From positions 496,001 through 560,000 of the forward strand of contig JASTWF010000114.1 in assembly GCA_030390025.1 (NCBI GenBank): a stretch of DNA of 64,000 nucleotides. The letters are read 5' to 3'. The notes below the pieces were generated by a model. It had not been told where the DNA came from. It made no database searches and saw only the letters and a program-made list of their open reading frames with translations. Both the position numbers and the translations under genes were made by a program. Position 1 is the first letter of the stretch. The number at the start of each line of letters is the position of its first letter. The stretch comes from Squalus acanthias. Lineage: Eukaryota. Shown here piece after piece: positions 63,373 to 64,000 of this stretch.

Positions 63373-63591
63373 ATAATCCTATCAGCATATCCTTCTATTC
63401 CTTTTTCCCTTCCTCTTAAATGCATCTGTGGTATTAGCCTCAACTACTGCTCTTGGAGCTCAATCCACATACTCAGCAAACTTTGGGCAAAGAAGTTACT
63501 CATGAATTTCCTGCTGGATTTATCAGTGAGTATTTGTGTCCTGTAAATTTTGACTCACTCACAGTAGAAAGTATTTTCTCCCTCTTGTGAA

Positions 63592-63673
63592 GGTGCGATG
63601 GCCGAGTGGTTAAGGCGTTGGGCTCGAATTCCAACGGGGTTTCCCCGCGCAGGTTTGAGCCCTGCTCGCAGCG
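63592..63673 (+). tRNA. tRNA-Ser(CGA)-like copy, probably a pseudogene
   Basis: 82 nt; D-arm TGGCCGAGTGGTTAAGGC, anticodon CGA, variable arm GGGGTTTCCCC; T-loop TTTGAGC instead of TTCGAAT/C and a G:G mismatch in the acceptor stem. Confidence 0.8.
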
Positions 63674-63802
63674 ATATTGCTGCAAGATCTTTATTTTATT
63701 TCATCGGATTCCTGTGGCCCCAAAACTGATCAGAATTCCCTCCACTGTACTTTATTACACTGATTAACACAAAGCTGTTGTTCCAATTGGAAACACTCAT
63801 AA

Positions 63803-64000
63803 TGGCCCAGAAATTCGTCCGAATACGGGAGAGTACGCACTGTGTACTCAACCATATTCGGTCCCGAAGTGCCGATTTCCTGCATGCACTGCGCATGCGC
63901 GGGAAACCGGCACTTCCGATATTGCGAAGGGGCGGTTCCTAAGTGAACCGCGTGCGCATTACAGGCTGTGCGCACGCAGCACACTAATTTTTTTCAGTTT
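63803..64000. mobile_element. Start of a MITE related to 39304-40045
   Basis: TAA then tggcccagaaatt; shares gagagtacgcactgtgtactc and tgcatgcactgcgcatgcgc. Confidence 0.7.

Overview
Repeat-rich vertebrate genomic DNA, very probably from a cartilaginous fish (inferred from the CR1/SINE/Penelope families and the expanded GPR139-like GPCR type), with one assembly gap (38160-38345). The window is an imperfect inverted segmental duplication: left arm ~340-23620 and right arm ~41430-51765. Each arm carries a decayed Harbinger/CR1 nest, a CT/GA-rich tract and a two-exon GPR139-like GPCR pseudogene. The ~18-kb core between them holds a CATTG satellite and a spliced, non-rearranging (germline-joined) VJ-C1-TM antigen-receptor-like Ig-superfamily gene that is pseudogenised in this copy. 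Only the left arm has two young insertions: a nearly intact autonomous PIF/Harbinger transposon (2437-6781; TIRs, TTA TSD, intact DDE transposase, spliced Myb/SANT gene) and a Penelope-like retroelement (18092-23460; RT + GIY-YIG, pseudo-LTR, 956-bp inverted repeat, TSD, three hammerhead ribozyme motifs). A TLR21-like pseudogene fragment abuts the right arm. The rest is CR1/L2-group LINE fragments, SINEs, retroposon-derived minisatellites (33, 42, 49 bp) and a tRNA-Ser(CGA)-like copy. Family names rest on motif recognition by eye, not database searches, and boundaries of old repeats are approximate.
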